64,000 nucleotides of DNA from Halobacteriales archaeon SW_7_65_23 (lineage in GTDB: Archaea > Halobacteriota > Halobacteria > Halobacteriales > Haloarculaceae). Made by a program: the position numbers and the translations under genes. The notes under the pieces were generated by a model, which did not search any database, had not been told where the DNA came from, and saw nothing but the letters and a program-made list of their open reading frames with translations. The stretch lies in assembly GCA_003022725.1 (NCBI GenBank), contig PXSQ01000028.1, forward strand, positions 5,123 through 69,122, written 5' to 3'. Shown one piece after another: positions 49,120-60,437 of the stretch. Numbering within the stretch: the first letter of the stretch is position 1; the number at the start of each line of letters is the position of its first letter.

Positions 49120-51462
49120 CTACAGCACGCCGAGCAGAAAGCCCGAGGTGAACTCGACGTCGCGGTCGGCGTAGCCGTGCTTGAACGTGTACGTTCCCGA
49201 CTCCAGGGGCGCGTCGTCGGGGTGGGCGAACACGAGGTACCGCGCCGACAGCGTCTCGCCGGCGTCAACCCCGCGGACTGAACCCCCGCGTCGGCGCTCC
49301 ATGTGGGGCAGAAACGCGGGCGTCGCTTCCGGGCCGTCGCCCCGGACGTAGGCCGGCGCGAACATGTCCTCACGGAGGAGGACGACGCGGGAGCCGTCCG
49401 GCGCCTCCCCGACGTAGGAGCCGAACGGCCAGCCGCCCTGGGAGGCGATCAGCTCCCGCTCGTCGGACTGGTTCGTCAGCGCGATTTCGATCAGCCCCGG
49501 ATGGCGGTCGGTGACCGGTTCCAGCGCAGTGATCTCGAACTCGCCGACGAACGCCTCGGGGGGCGTGACCGCCTCCATCACGGCGAGGTCGAACAGCGTC
49601 TCCCCCGCCTCCGGCGCGGGCTGTGTGATCTCGACCTCGATGGTCAGCTCGAACTGCCAGTCGGACGTCTTCTGGTCCCTGCTGTCGTCATCGTCGTCAT
49701 CGAATCCGGGCCCGTCGGTGCTCACGTGATGCGTGCTCGAATACTCGTAGCTACCCGGCTGGATGGCGTGGGTTGCCGTCGAGAGCGTGTACGTCTCCTC
49801 GATCCGCTCGTCTGGTTCGATCGTGGCACTGAGCCCGATGGCGTTGACGCTCGTCACGCCACGGTGTGGGGTGTCGTGGACGTGGCCGCTCTCCTCGTAG
49901 GCCTCGGTCCAGGCAGTGATTCGTCCAGTCGTCCCATCGACCCCGCCGAACGTGACCACGCCAAGCGGCCGCGGCGCGCCGGTCATAAGCCCCAACTCCT
50001 CGTCGCTTCTGTTGTGCAGCGCAAACTCGAAGCCGACCTCGCTATCTGCGTCGATGACCTCGCCCGCGGCGTCCAGCGAGACGTCGAACGGCGCGTCCTC
50101 GTCGACGGTCGCCTCGGCGGTGGCGGTCACGTCGTAGCCCGCCGAGCCGAAGTAAAACTCCGTGGCCGAGTAGTCGGGCGCTGCCGGGTAGGGCGCCGGC
50201 TCCAGACCGGGCAGGGAGTCGTGGGCCGGTTCGGCATCCGGGCCGGCGATAGCCGTCAGCCGCCCGCCGGCGTTCGCGTACACGCGACCATCCGCGACGG
50301 CCGGCGTGCTTACCGACCAGCCGAACGGCAGCGCCCAGCGGCGGTCGCCGGTCGCCGCGTCGAGCGCGTACAGCCAGTTGCGCCGCGAGGGGACGTAGAC
50401 GACGCCGTCAGCGACCACCGGGCTGCCGGGCACGAGTCCCTCGTGTTCGAACGTCCACTCGACGTCCCCGGTCTCGGTATCCAGCGCCAGGACGCGGGCT
50501 GCCGGCTCGTCCGCCCAGTCCCCGTTCGTGTAGCCGCTCAGATACAGGATCCCGTCGGCCAGTGCGGGGCTGACGCCGCGGAACCGCCCGTCGTGGCTCC
50601 ACACCGCGTCCCCGCTGTCGGCCGCCAGCGCCGTGACTGCGTTCCGGGTCGTCGCGTACACCAGGTCCTCGCCCACAGTGAGCGGCGCCCTGACTGTCTC
50701 CTCGGGTTCGATCTCCCAGGAGATGTCGCCGCTCGTCGCGTCGAGCGCGTGGATGCCGCTGTAGCTGCTGAGGAACAGCCGGTCGTCGCGTACGGCGGGC
50801 GTCGTGATCCCGGTAACGTCGGCCGTCCACAGCTCCTCCCCGTCGTGTGCGTCGAACGCCGCCACCTGCCGGCGGTCGCGCGAGGCCGTGTACGCGACGC
50901 CGTCGGTCACCGTCACGCCCTCGGGCTCGCCGTGTTCCATCGCCGTCCAGACCTCCTGCCCGTCGTCGGCGGTGAACGCGTACAGGCTGCCGGCAGCCGC
51001 GTACACGAACCCGTCGGCCACGCCGAGTGTCGCCTGCAACTCGTCGTCGACGCCGACCGTCCAGGCCGTCTCGCCGGTGTCGAGGTCGGCCGCGCCGACG
51101 CGCTCGTGGTAGAGGCCGGTGCCGAAAAACGCCCGCCCCTCGCCGACGGCGGGGCTCGTCACGGCCCCCCAGGTGTCGGTCTGCCAGGTCACGACCGGCC
51201 GCTCCCCGGGGCCGCTCGCCGCGGTGGTGCCGGTGTGTGCCGCGTCGCTCTGGTACCCCGACCACGCCGCGTCGTAGTCCGGGACGGGGTCGGGCATCGG
51301 CTCCTCGGCTGGTGTCCGGTCCCCCGCCGGCGTCGCTGTCGGCGTCGCGTCACCGGACGGCTCCGACCCCACCCCGGGCTCGTCGCCGAACGGCCCGAGA
51401 CAGCCGGCTGTTCCCGCGAGCAGGGAGCTGCCGGCGAGCGCACAGAAGCGTCGTCGATCCAT
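49120..51462 (-). CDS. Tat lipoprotein with a PQQ-type beta-propeller and two C-terminal domains
   Basis: MDRRRFC...AGCL; repeated AxDxxTGxxxW blades. Confidence 0.85.
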   Translation of the reverse strand: MDRRRFCALAGSSLLAGTAGCLGPFGDEPGVGSEPSGDATPTATPAGDRTPAEEPMPDPVPDYDAAWSGYQSDAAHTGTTAASGPGERPVVTWQTDTWGAVTSPAVGEGRAFFGTGLYHERVGAADLDTGETAWTVGVDDELQATLGVADGFVYAAAGSLYAFTADDGQEVWTAMEHGEPEGVTVTDGVAYTASRDRRQVAAFDAHDGEELWTADVTGITTPAVRDDRLFLSSYSGIHALDATSGDISWEIEPEETVRAPLTVGEDLVYATTRNAVTALAADSGDAVWSHDGRFRGVSPALADGILYLSGYTNGDWADEPAARVLALDTETGDVEWTFEHEGLVPGSPVVADGVVYVPSRRNWLYALDAATGDRRWALPFGWSVSTPAVADGRVYANAGGRLTAIAGPDAEPAHDSLPGLEPAPYPAAPDYSATEFYFGSAGYDVTATAEATVDEDAPFDVSLDAAGEVIDADSEVGFEFALHNRSDEELGLMTGAPRPLGVVTFGGVDGTTGRITAWTEAYEESGHVHDTPHRGVTSVNAIGLSATIEPDERIEETYTLSTATHAIQPGSYEYSSTHHVSTDGPGFDDDDDDSRDQKTSDWQFELTIEVEITQPAPEAGETLFDLAVMEAVTPPEAFVGEFEITALEPVTDRHPGLIEIALTNQSDERELIASQGGWPFGSYVGEAPDGSRVVLLREDMFAPAYVRGDGPEATPAFLPHMERRRGGSVRGVDAGETLSARYLVFAHPDDAPLESGTYTFKHGYADRDVEFTSGFLLGVL

Positions 51463-51587
51463 ATCCGAATGCAGGGGTCGATCGGGGTAATAACCACGCC
51501 AGACTACAACGGGCATTTGACCGAAGCCAAGGGGCGGGCCCGACCGAAATCCGGGCGTATAAACGCCGGCGGCGAGTGCCCGCACAC

Positions 51588-52115
51588 ATGGACAGGGAGG
51601 TCCCGCTCCGCCGGACCGAACTCGGTGACGGCGCGACGACAGACGAGCTGCGGGCGCTGCTGACGGCGTACTTCGAGGAGGCGAACCGGCTCGGGCAGGC
51701 GTACTTCGACGACGAGGCGTTCGGCACCGATGTCGAGGCCATTGTCGATGGGGACGTCGAACGCCTGCGGACGGCGACGCTCGACGAGCCGCTGTTTGTC
51801 GCCAGGATCGACGGCGCGCTCGTGGGGTCGGTCCAGCTCAAGCGCCTCGACGCGTCGCGAGTGGAGGTCAAGCGCATGTACGTCACGCCCGCACACCGCG
51901 GGGAGGGGATCGGCCGCTCGCTCGTGGAGCTTGTGCTCGCGGAGGCGCGCGCAGACGGGTTCGAGACGCTCCTGCTCGGGCTCGCGCCGTACCACGGGGC
52001 TGCGGGGTCGCTGTACGAGTCGCTGGGGTTCGAGTACCGGCCGGCCTACGAGGAGAACCAGGTGCCCGAGAGCGTCGAGGAGTGGTACTTCATGGAGCGG
52101 TCGCTCGACGCCTGA
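51588..52115 (+). CDS. GNAT acetyltransferase
   Basis: EVKRMYVTPAHRGEGIGR, LYESLGF. Confidence 0.88.
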   Translation: MDREVPLRRTELGDGATTDELRALLTAYFEEANRLGQAYFDDEAFGTDVEAIVDGDVERLRTATLDEPLFVARIDGALVGSVQLKRLDASRVEVKRMYVTPAHRGEGIGRSLVELVLAEARADGFETLLLGLAPYHGAAGSLYESLGFEYRPAYEENQVPESVEEWYFMERSLDA

Positions 52116-52166
52116 TCGCGACCGAACAACGACGGCTTTTCGACGGTCCGCCGCGAGCCACGATAC

Positions 52167-52916
52167 ATGAGCGAGATCGAGATCCCCGAGAGCCACCCGC
52201 GGTACGAGTCGCTGCTCACCCGCCACCGGATCGAGGCGGGCGTCGAGCAAGGGATCACGAGCCAGCAGGGGCTCATCGCGCATGGCCGGGGCGAGGCGTT
52301 CGACTACCTGCTGGGCGAGGAGACGATACCCAGCGCCGACGAGGCCGCCCGGGTCGCCGCGGCGCATTTGCTGCGAGCCGACTATCCCGTGCTCTCGGTC
52401 AACGGGAACGTCGCCGCGCTCGTCCCCGAAGAGATCGTCACACTTGCGGGCGTCACCGGCGCCGACCTGGAGGTGAACCTGTTCAACCGCACCGAGGACC
52501 GAGTGCAGGCGATCGTCGAGCATCTCGAAGCCCACGGCGCCACGGACGTCAAGGGGCTCGCGGCCGACGCCCGGATTCCTGGGCTCGATCACGAGCGGGC
52601 GAAAGTCGACGCCGACGGGATCTCCGACGCTGACGTCGTGCTCGTCCCGCTGGAGGACGGCGACCGGGCGGAGGCACTGGCGGCGATGGGGAAAACCGAG
52701 ATCGTGATTGACCTGAACCCGCTGTCGCGGTCGGCGCAGACTGCCGCCGTGCCGGTTGTCGACAACATCATCCGCGCGATCCCGACCATCACCGAGCACG
52801 CCCGGGATCTGCAGGACACCTCCGACGCGGACCTCGACGCCATCGTCGAGTCGTTCGACGCGGACGGGGTGCGGGCCGCCGCTGAGGCGCGGATCCGCGG
52901 CGACAGCCTGGAGTGA
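52167..52916 (+). CDS. Phosphopantothenate synthetase (archaeal PPS)
   Basis: IPESHPRY, AHGRGEAFDYLLGE, SVNGN, PLEDGDR, IDLNPLSRS. Confidence 0.92.
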   Translation: MSEIEIPESHPRYESLLTRHRIEAGVEQGITSQQGLIAHGRGEAFDYLLGEETIPSADEAARVAAAHLLRADYPVLSVNGNVAALVPEEIVTLAGVTGADLEVNLFNRTEDRVQAIVEHLEAHGATDVKGLAADARIPGLDHERAKVDADGISDADVVLVPLEDGDRAEALAAMGKTEIVIDLNPLSRSAQTAAVPVVDNIIRAIPTITEHARDLQDTSDADLDAIVESFDADGVRAAAEARIRGDSLE

Positions 52917-52924
52917 TCGTCCGA

Positions 52925-52940
52925 TACTGATTGTTGTGAC
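52925..52940. mobile_element. Solo subfamily-B-like TIR
   Basis: tactgattgttgtgac, just downstream of the PPS gene. Confidence 0.55.
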
Positions 52941-52947
52941 CGTATGA

Positions 52948-53940
<993 letters not shown>

Positions 53941-54134
53941 CTTCTTTTTACTCCCTCGGGTTTCCTCGCTCCCTGCGGTCGCTGGCCGTCAGCGGCTCGT
54001 TCGTGTTCGTCGGCAGGCGGACGTCGCGACTGTTCCACTCCCCGGCGAGAAACTCGTGGTCCCCGGACTGGATCGCACGGAGTTCGGTACCGTCCGCCGA
54101 ACGGAACGCTGGTCCCGGCATGGCAGCCGGTTCT

Positions 54135-54464
54135 CCCGGGCTGTACGAGGCGCCGGCCAAGCCCGAAGCCTACTACCGGGCAAAACAGCAACACGCCCTG
54201 CTGTCCGGCAGCGCGCCGCCGCGGGAGGTGCTCGAATCCGAGATCGAGGGCGAGTTCCTGGTCGCGGACGACCCGCGGACCACCGACGCGCTCCATGGTT
54301 ACGTGCTCCAGGCGGTGCACTACATCAACACGGGGGAGGATTTCTGCGAGGAGCCCGGCTGCCGGCTGCGCGACCCCCACCGCCAGCCCGGCGTGATCGA
54401 GGCACAGCTCCGGGAGCCGGCGTTCTGCGACCGCCACGCTGACCTGTACGGGCCCGAGGGGTGA
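54135..54464 (+). pseudogene. C-terminal fragment of an archaeal metalloprotease-like protein (DUF7001-like)
   Basis: GLYEAPAKPEAYY...GYVLQAVHY..TGEDFC....CRL....FCDRH; no plausible N-terminus. Confidence 0.6.
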
Positions 54465-54505
54465 GGTCATAAATCATTATGTGTCTGTTGTGCTAATTAG
54501 AAGTA

Positions 54506-56221
54506 ATGGGCAATGGAGAGCCGGGAGGTGGGAAGCAACCGGACAGGTCCGACGCAGACGCGGGATACAGCTCCGAACAGGGGGGCGTAGAGACGGACGA
54601 TCCGGTCCCGGGTCGCAAGATCAGGCGGTTGCACGAGGTCGCGACGGCGATGCAGACGGCGGCGTCGGTCGAGGAGATCTACGAGCTGACGGTCAACGCA
54701 GCGGTCGACATCCTCGGGTTCGACTGGTGTGCGGTCGAGATCGTGACCGAGGGACGCTTCGAGGTCGCTGCGGTCTCGGAGGAGGCGCCGCTCGAAGTCG
54801 GGGCCCGACCGATCACCACCGACCACGGCGTCACCGGCGAGGTATACATGAACGGGGAGTCAGACATCCTCGGTGACGCCAGGGAGCATCCGCTCGCGGA
54901 GCCGACCATCGAGGCGTTCCGGTCGGGGCTGACCGTCCCGCTGGGCGACAGGGGCATCTTCCAGGGGATCAGCTCCGAGCCGTACTTCTTCGACGAGGAC
55001 GACCTCGAACTCGCGGAGCTGTTGATCACGCACACGACGGCCGCGCTCGACCGCGTCGAGGAGACCCAGCGGCTGAACGAACTGAACCGGGCGACGCGAC
55101 AGCTGATGACTGCCGAGACCCACGAAGCGGTCGCCGAGGAGGGCTGCGACATCGCCTCGGCGGTGCTCGACGCCGCGCTGACGGTCGTGTTCTACCACGA
55201 CGAGGGGCTGCTCATTCCGATGGCCGCGACCGCGACAGCCAGCGAGGTGCTCGAAGGTCCGAGGCCGATCGAGGGGCCGGACGACGGCTCCGGGGACAGC
55301 CCTCGGTGGGCGGCGATGGCCCAGGGCGAGACGGTCCGGGACGCGACGGTGGACGACGACCGCTGGGAGCTACTGAACGTCCCGCTGGGCGAGCAGGGCG
55401 TGCTCTGTGTCGGCTCCCGGGCACAGGGGGCGTTCGAGGGGGGCAACGTCGCCCTCGCGGAGACGCTCGCGGCCAACATCGAGGCGGCGTTCACCCGGGC
55501 GGACCGCGAGCAGCGTCGCCGCGAGCAGGCCCGCCAGCTCCAGCGACAGAACGAGCGCCTCGACCGGTTCGCCTCGATCGTCAGCCACGACCTCCGGAAC
55601 CCGCTGCACATCGCCTCGACGCGGGCGGCGCTGGCACGCGAGGAGCACGACTCCGAGCACATCGCGTCGGTCGAGGACGCCCTCGACCGGATGGAGACGA
55701 TCATCGAGGACACGCTCTCGCTGGCCCGCCAGGGGCGGATCGTCGAGGAGACCGAGCCGGTCCCGCTGAGCAAGGTCGCCTCCCGCTCCTGGGACCAGGT
55801 CGAGACCCGCGGGGCGCCGCTGGAGATCCTCAGCGACAGCGTCGTCGAGGCCGACCCGGACCGGCTGCGCAACGTGTTCGAAAACCTGTTTCGCAACGCT
55901 GTGGAGCATGGCTCGACGGGCAGTCGGCCTCCGGCCGACGACGAAGCAGTCGCCCGGGAGGCTGACGGAGGCCCGGAGCCACCCCGCGTCCGGATCGGGA
56001 CGCTCGAGTCGGGGTTCTACGTCGAGGACACCGGCAGCGGGATCCCCCCGGAGCGCCGCGAGGAGGTGTTCGACCTCGGCTACTCCAGCGAGCCGGACGG
56101 CACTGGGTTCGGCCTGGCGATCGTCGAGGAGATCGTCGAGTCACACAACTGGGCGATCCAGGTCACGGAGAGCGACGCTGGCGGCGCGCGCTTCGAGATT
56201 ACTGGGGTCGAGATCAACTAA
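54506..56221 (+). CDS. GAF-GAF sensor histidine kinase
   Basis: SHDLRNPL, ENLFRNAVEHG, DTGSGI, GTGFGLAIV. Confidence 0.9.
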   Translation: MGNGEPGGGKQPDRSDADAGYSSEQGGVETDDPVPGRKIRRLHEVATAMQTAASVEEIYELTVNAAVDILGFDWCAVEIVTEGRFEVAAVSEEAPLEVGARPITTDHGVTGEVYMNGESDILGDAREHPLAEPTIEAFRSGLTVPLGDRGIFQGISSEPYFFDEDDLELAELLITHTTAALDRVEETQRLNELNRATRQLMTAETHEAVAEEGCDIASAVLDAALTVVFYHDEGLLIPMAATATASEVLEGPRPIEGPDDGSGDSPRWAAMAQGETVRDATVDDDRWELLNVPLGEQGVLCVGSRAQGAFEGGNVALAETLAANIEAAFTRADREQRRREQARQLQRQNERLDRFASIVSHDLRNPLHIASTRAALAREEHDSEHIASVEDALDRMETIIEDTLSLARQGRIVEETEPVPLSKVASRSWDQVETRGAPLEILSDSVVEADPDRLRNVFENLFRNAVEHGSTGSRPPADDEAVAREADGGPEPPRVRIGTLESGFYVEDTGSGIPPERREEVFDLGYSSEPDGTGFGLAIVEEIVESHNWAIQVTESDAGGARFEITGVEIN

Positions 56222-56249
56222 ACGGGCTGCGCGGCGGCCGCGTCCGTCA

Positions 56250-56358
56250 TACGGACTGCTGTGAGTATTTTCGGCGGGGTTCGGCACATCCAGGTGTCCC
56301 GTCGGCCGGGACCCGAGGGTTGTGACAGCCCAGCGGGACGGAGTCACAGCAGTCCGTA
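56250..56358. mobile_element. MITE-like subfamily D, 109 bp, inserted at the endA stop codon
   Basis: Perfect TIR tacggactgctgtga / tcacagcagtccgta; tca flanks; the right tca (56359-61) is the endA TGA. Confidence 0.85.
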
Positions 56359-57409
56359 TCAGGGCGTCAGCCGGCTCACGGAGAGCCAGTCGATGCCGGC
56401 GTCGACGTCGGTCAGCGCAAACACGAGCTGTTTTCTGACGCCGTGGGCGAGGCGCACGTCGAGCGCGAGGTCGCGGGGCGCGAACGTGTGGGTGGCCGGC
56501 AGCACCCGCACCAAAAGCTCCGAGTGCCCGAGGTCCTCGACGGAGTCGACGTCGGCGTACGTCCGGAAGTCGGCGCCGAACTTGAACCCGGTTTTCGGGA
56601 CGAGGCCGGCGGTTCGGAGGGCGCCGTAGGCGCGCAGCCGGCGGTCGAAGCGGTCCGACCAGCGAGAGCTGGACGGAGCGCTCGTCGCGGTCGAGCCGCT
56701 GGCCGTAGAACGCCCGGTCGTGCAACGCCTCGGGCGGGTCGCTGACGAGCACGCGGTCCGAGAGCATCGCCCCCTCGACCGCCGGTAGGTCGTGGTACGT
56801 CGAGCCGGCGATCGTCGGCTCCTCGACCGCCAGGTACGTCACCTCGCTCTCCTCGTCGACGACCGCGAGCACACCCGTTACCTCCTTCTCGTCAGCGTCC
56901 GCACCCGCGCTGGCCTCACTGTCTGCCGGATCGCTTCCGTTGCCGCATGCGGCGATCTGCCGGAGCGTCCCGGAAGTCACGTCTTCGCGTTCGCTGACCG
57001 TCCACACCCGGTAGGCGACGGTGTCGTCCCAGGGGCCGTCGCCGCGCGGATACACCACGAAGTCGCCCGCTGTGTCCCCGGTCGCCGCGTTCCCGTCACC
57101 GCCGCCAGTCCCCGCCAGCGACGCCGTCGGCGAGAGGTAGAAGCCGCGGTCACGGAGCTCCTTGTACACGAGAAAGTCGACCTCCGAGACGGCGTTCGAG
57201 GCCAGGAACCCCTCGAAGTCGAGCAGCTCTCCACCCGAGCGGCGGTCGACGAGGGCGTCGATGTCGCCGCGGAACAGGAGGTGGGCCGCCTCGACCGGCG
57301 CGAGGTCGACGCCGCTGTCCCGCGGTGTACCGTACCCCCGCGCGTCGTAGAACTGCTCGCGGGCGGCGCTGTCGCCCCGCACCCGCTCGCCGTCGAACGG
57401 TACCTGCAT
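56359..57409 (-). pseudogene. endA: tRNA-splicing endonuclease with an internal deletion and frameshift at ~56657
   Basis: LAPVEAAHLL, FLVYKELRDRG, VVDEESEVTY, QLSLV, then a frame change to DRFDRRLRAY..VPKTGFKFGADFRTY..GHSE..RLAHGVRK..RLTP*. Confidence 0.85.
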
Positions 57410-57525
57410 GTCTGGCTCTCGACGCTCGGCCGCCATAGCACCTGTGATCGGCCGGCGGCGGCGACCGGTCGCGCCGTAGCCTGGACGGCGTTACTTTGAG
57501 GGGGGCTCGGTCCAAGAGGGGGGAT

Positions 57526-58224
57526 GTGACACGCGACGCCGTGATGGAGGGGTTCGAGCGCTTCGTCGACGACGCGATCGAGGGGACGGCGGCGGAGTTC
57601 AGCGTCTCGCGGGCGCTCCGACAAGGGGTTCGCGGCCCCGGCGGGGCGACCGTCGACCGGCTGCTGAAGGACTCGGACCTGCTGTGGGATCGCGTCGTTC
57701 AGCCCGAACTCGACAGCTACCGCGAGCAGACTGTCGCCCAGTTTTCGGTCCTCCTCGACGCCGTCGAAGCCGACGAGCAGATCGAGGCACACCGCGATGC
57801 GATCCTCGACGCGGGGACGTTTGCGGCAGCGATCAGGGACAACCTCCCGGCCGAGCGCCGGCGGCGCGTCGAGGACCGGCTGTTCGCCCACCACGAGAGC
57901 CTCGGCAACGCGGTCGTCCCGCTGCTGGAGAGCCCCGAAGACGAGTTCTGGGCGGCCGCCCGGGCGACCCTCGAGCCCGACGTGGCGCGCGAGTTGATCG
58001 AAGAACAGTTCGCCTTCACGGCGCCGTTGCGCGAGCACCGCGACGCCTTCGCGCTCGCGACGGTCATCGACCCGGGCGAGTTGCTCGGCGGCCTCGGACT
58101 GCTCGCCCCCTCGACGCTGGAGATCGAGTACACCGACGAGGCGATCCGCGCGATGCGCCGCGCCGAGCGGACGGTCATCGCCGAGGCCAACCGCGAACTC
58201 GACCGCCGGTTCGAAGACGCGTGA
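57526..58224 (+). CDS. Acidic hypothetical protein
   Basis: 232 aa from GTG; native codon bias; IEYTDEAIRAM. Confidence 0.75.
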   Translation: MTRDAVMEGFERFVDDAIEGTAAEFSVSRALRQGVRGPGGATVDRLLKDSDLLWDRVVQPELDSYREQTVAQFSVLLDAVEADEQIEAHRDAILDAGTFAAAIRDNLPAERRRRVEDRLFAHHESLGNAVVPLLESPEDEFWAAARATLEPDVARELIEEQFAFTAPLREHRDAFALATVIDPGELLGGLGLLAPSTLEIEYTDEAIRAMRRAERTVIAEANRELDRRFEDA

Positions 58225-58318
58225 TCCGTACTCGATCGGAGGTCCCCGGAGCGCGGTCGTGCTTTCGCAGTACTGATCTGCCCAACCCTGAAATGTACCA
58301 GGGTCGAACTGTCGAGCG

Positions 58319-59041
58319 ATGACTGACCCGGTCGCACAGTCCGAACAGCTGTTGCGCGCTGTTCGGAGAGCCGAGCCGATAGACGACATCGAGGAGGCGT
58401 TGGCGGCGCTCGATCCCGACGAGCTCGCCGCTACGCTGGACGACGACGAGCCGCGGCTCGCGTTCTGGGTGAACGTCTACAACGCCGCCGTCCAGCGCGC
58501 GCTCGACGGGAATCCCGAGCGGTACGAGAGCCGGCGGCAGTTCTTCGGCGACCCGCTGGTCACTGTCTCCGGCGAGCGGCTGAGCCTCGACGGGATCGAG
58601 CACGGCATCCTGCGGCGCTCCTACAGCAAGCACACCCTGGGGTACGTCCGGAGCCCGTTCCGCGACGCGTTCCACGACCAGCAGGCTGTCAGCGAGCGGG
58701 ACCCCCGCATTCATTTCGCGCTGAACTGCGGCGCCGAGAGCTGTCCGCCGGTCACCGCCTACAGCCGCGACCGCGTCGACGACCAGCTCGACCTGGCGAC
58801 CGGGGGGTACCTGGAGCGGACCGTCGAGTACGACCGCGCGGCGGGACGCGTGACCGTTCCCCGGGTCATGCTGTGGTTCCGCGGCGATTTCGGCGGCAAG
58901 GACGGCATCTACGACTTCCTCCGGCGGTACGACCAGCTCCCGGCCGGCGTCCGGCCGAGCCTCTCGTATCACGACTGGGACTGGTCGCTCCGGCTGGGCA
59001 AGTACGCCGACCTCGACCGCGAGGAGTCGCCACAGCCCTGA
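58319..59041 (+). CDS. DUF547 domain protein
   Basis: AFWVNVYNA, IEHGILR, DPRIHFALNCGAESCPP, WFRGDFG. Confidence 0.9.
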   Translation: MTDPVAQSEQLLRAVRRAEPIDDIEEALAALDPDELAATLDDDEPRLAFWVNVYNAAVQRALDGNPERYESRRQFFGDPLVTVSGERLSLDGIEHGILRRSYSKHTLGYVRSPFRDAFHDQQAVSERDPRIHFALNCGAESCPPVTAYSRDRVDDQLDLATGGYLERTVEYDRAAGRVTVPRVMLWFRGDFGGKDGIYDFLRRYDQLPAGVRPSLSYHDWDWSLRLGKYADLDREESPQP

Positions 59042-59086
59042 TAGTGGACGGTTTCGATCGAATCAGTTCCTCTGATCTCCCGGCAC

Positions 59087-60005
59087 TCACTGGGTCACCC
59101 AGCACCAGGCGAGAAGCTGGAGCGCCGCCAGCCCGACCATCGCGACCACGCCCGGCCACGGGAGGTGTCGCTCCGTGTACCCCAGCCAGCCCCAGACGAC
59201 CAGCGGCGCGACCAGGGCGCTCGCGGCCGCCACCAGCCCCGGCAGCGGCGCCGACGCAAACGGAGCCGGCAGCGGCGTGTCAGCGAGCAGTGCCGGCAGC
59301 GCCGGCGAGAGGGCGATAACCGAGACGGTACGCCGTCCGGAGACGTTCCGGCGACCACCTGACCGCCAGCGTCCGCTTGCCGACGGCCGCGTCGGCCTCG
59401 CGGTCGGGCCAGTGGACCTCGAACAGGTTCAGAACCACGAGGAGGAAAAACGGGACGGACGCGAGCCCGACGACCCACAGCCGCCCGCCGAGGACGGCCG
59501 CGCCGTACAGCGGCAAGGCCAGCCCGCCCAGTGCTGCATTGTCGAGTTCGCCGACCCCGCGACGGACGAGCGCCAGCGGCCTGACGGAGTACTGCCAGCC
59601 GAACACGGCGATCACCGCGAGCAGCGCGACGCCCCGAACAGGGAGATGCCCGGTCACGAAGAATGCGGCTGTGAGAGCAGTTCCGACGGCGAGGGCGGCA
59701 ATCGCGGCGCGGAGGACGACGACCCGCGGGAGGCCGGACTCCGGGAGCGCGCCGCTGCCGCCGGAGAACGGCGTCCGCTCCGTGAGGGCGTCCGTCTCGT
59801 AGTCGGCGTACTCGTTGACGTAGTGGACGCTCGCCGCGACCGGCAGCAGTGCGGCCAGCCCAGCAGCGAGCGCCGGGGCCGAGAACGCCGCCCCCTTCGC
59901 CAGCGCGATTTTCGCGCCCAGCGCGTAGACGCCGGCGATCAACAGCAACTGCGACGGCCGGCTCGCTTTGAACAGCACCCGGGCGAGCGTTCGCCACGCT
60001 GGCAT
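59087..60005 (-). pseudogene. UbiA/MenA-family prenyltransferase, frameshifted at ~59322
   Basis: NEYADYETD, SGGSG, DREADAAVGKRTL; the TM C-terminus continues in another frame (IALSPAL...LAWCWVTQ*). Confidence 0.75.
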
Positions 60006-60055
60006 GCCACCCCCTTGTGATTCCAGCTACGTGTGTTGTCGGGTCCCTGGCGCTA

Positions 60056-60163
60056 TACTGCCGGACGTGACTCTGTTACTCCGAGTGCTGCTCGGACTGG
60101 GGGTTTCGGTTGTCTCAGATGCTGAGCGCTATCCGGGTGGGAACGGAATCACGTCCGGCAGTA
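60056..60163. mobile_element. MITE-like subfamily E, 108 bp
   Basis: Perfect TIR tactgccggacgtga / tcacgtccggcagta; flanks cta/tgg do not match. Confidence 0.75.
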
Positions 60164-60206
60164 TGGGTGTGCACAGCTGTTGGATCGTTGTAGCTGCTGC
60201 ATCCGA

Positions 60207-60303
60207 GAAAGCCCTCGCATCCCGGACGACGCAAGCACCACAGCGACCGCAGGGAGCGAGGAGCGCAGCGAGTCCCGGAAGGTCGAGCGCGCCGAGGGCT
60301 TTC
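60207..60303. repeat. GC-rich palindromic repeat of the same family as 5226-5805
   Basis: gaaagccctcg...cgagggctttc; shares catcccggacgacgcaag and gcagcgagtcccgga with 5721-5781; the piece at 53966-53984 is the reverse complement of 60241-60260. Confidence 0.8.
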
Positions 60304-60437
60304 TTCGAGACGGCAACCTACACGGAAGCGATTGCTAACCAAGCGCCGAGGATTTTCTTCGAGACGTTTACGACAACACCCACAGCACCAACTAGCGGAC
60401 CGGGAGACTTTACTCGGTGGTGGCCCGTGCTGTGGGT

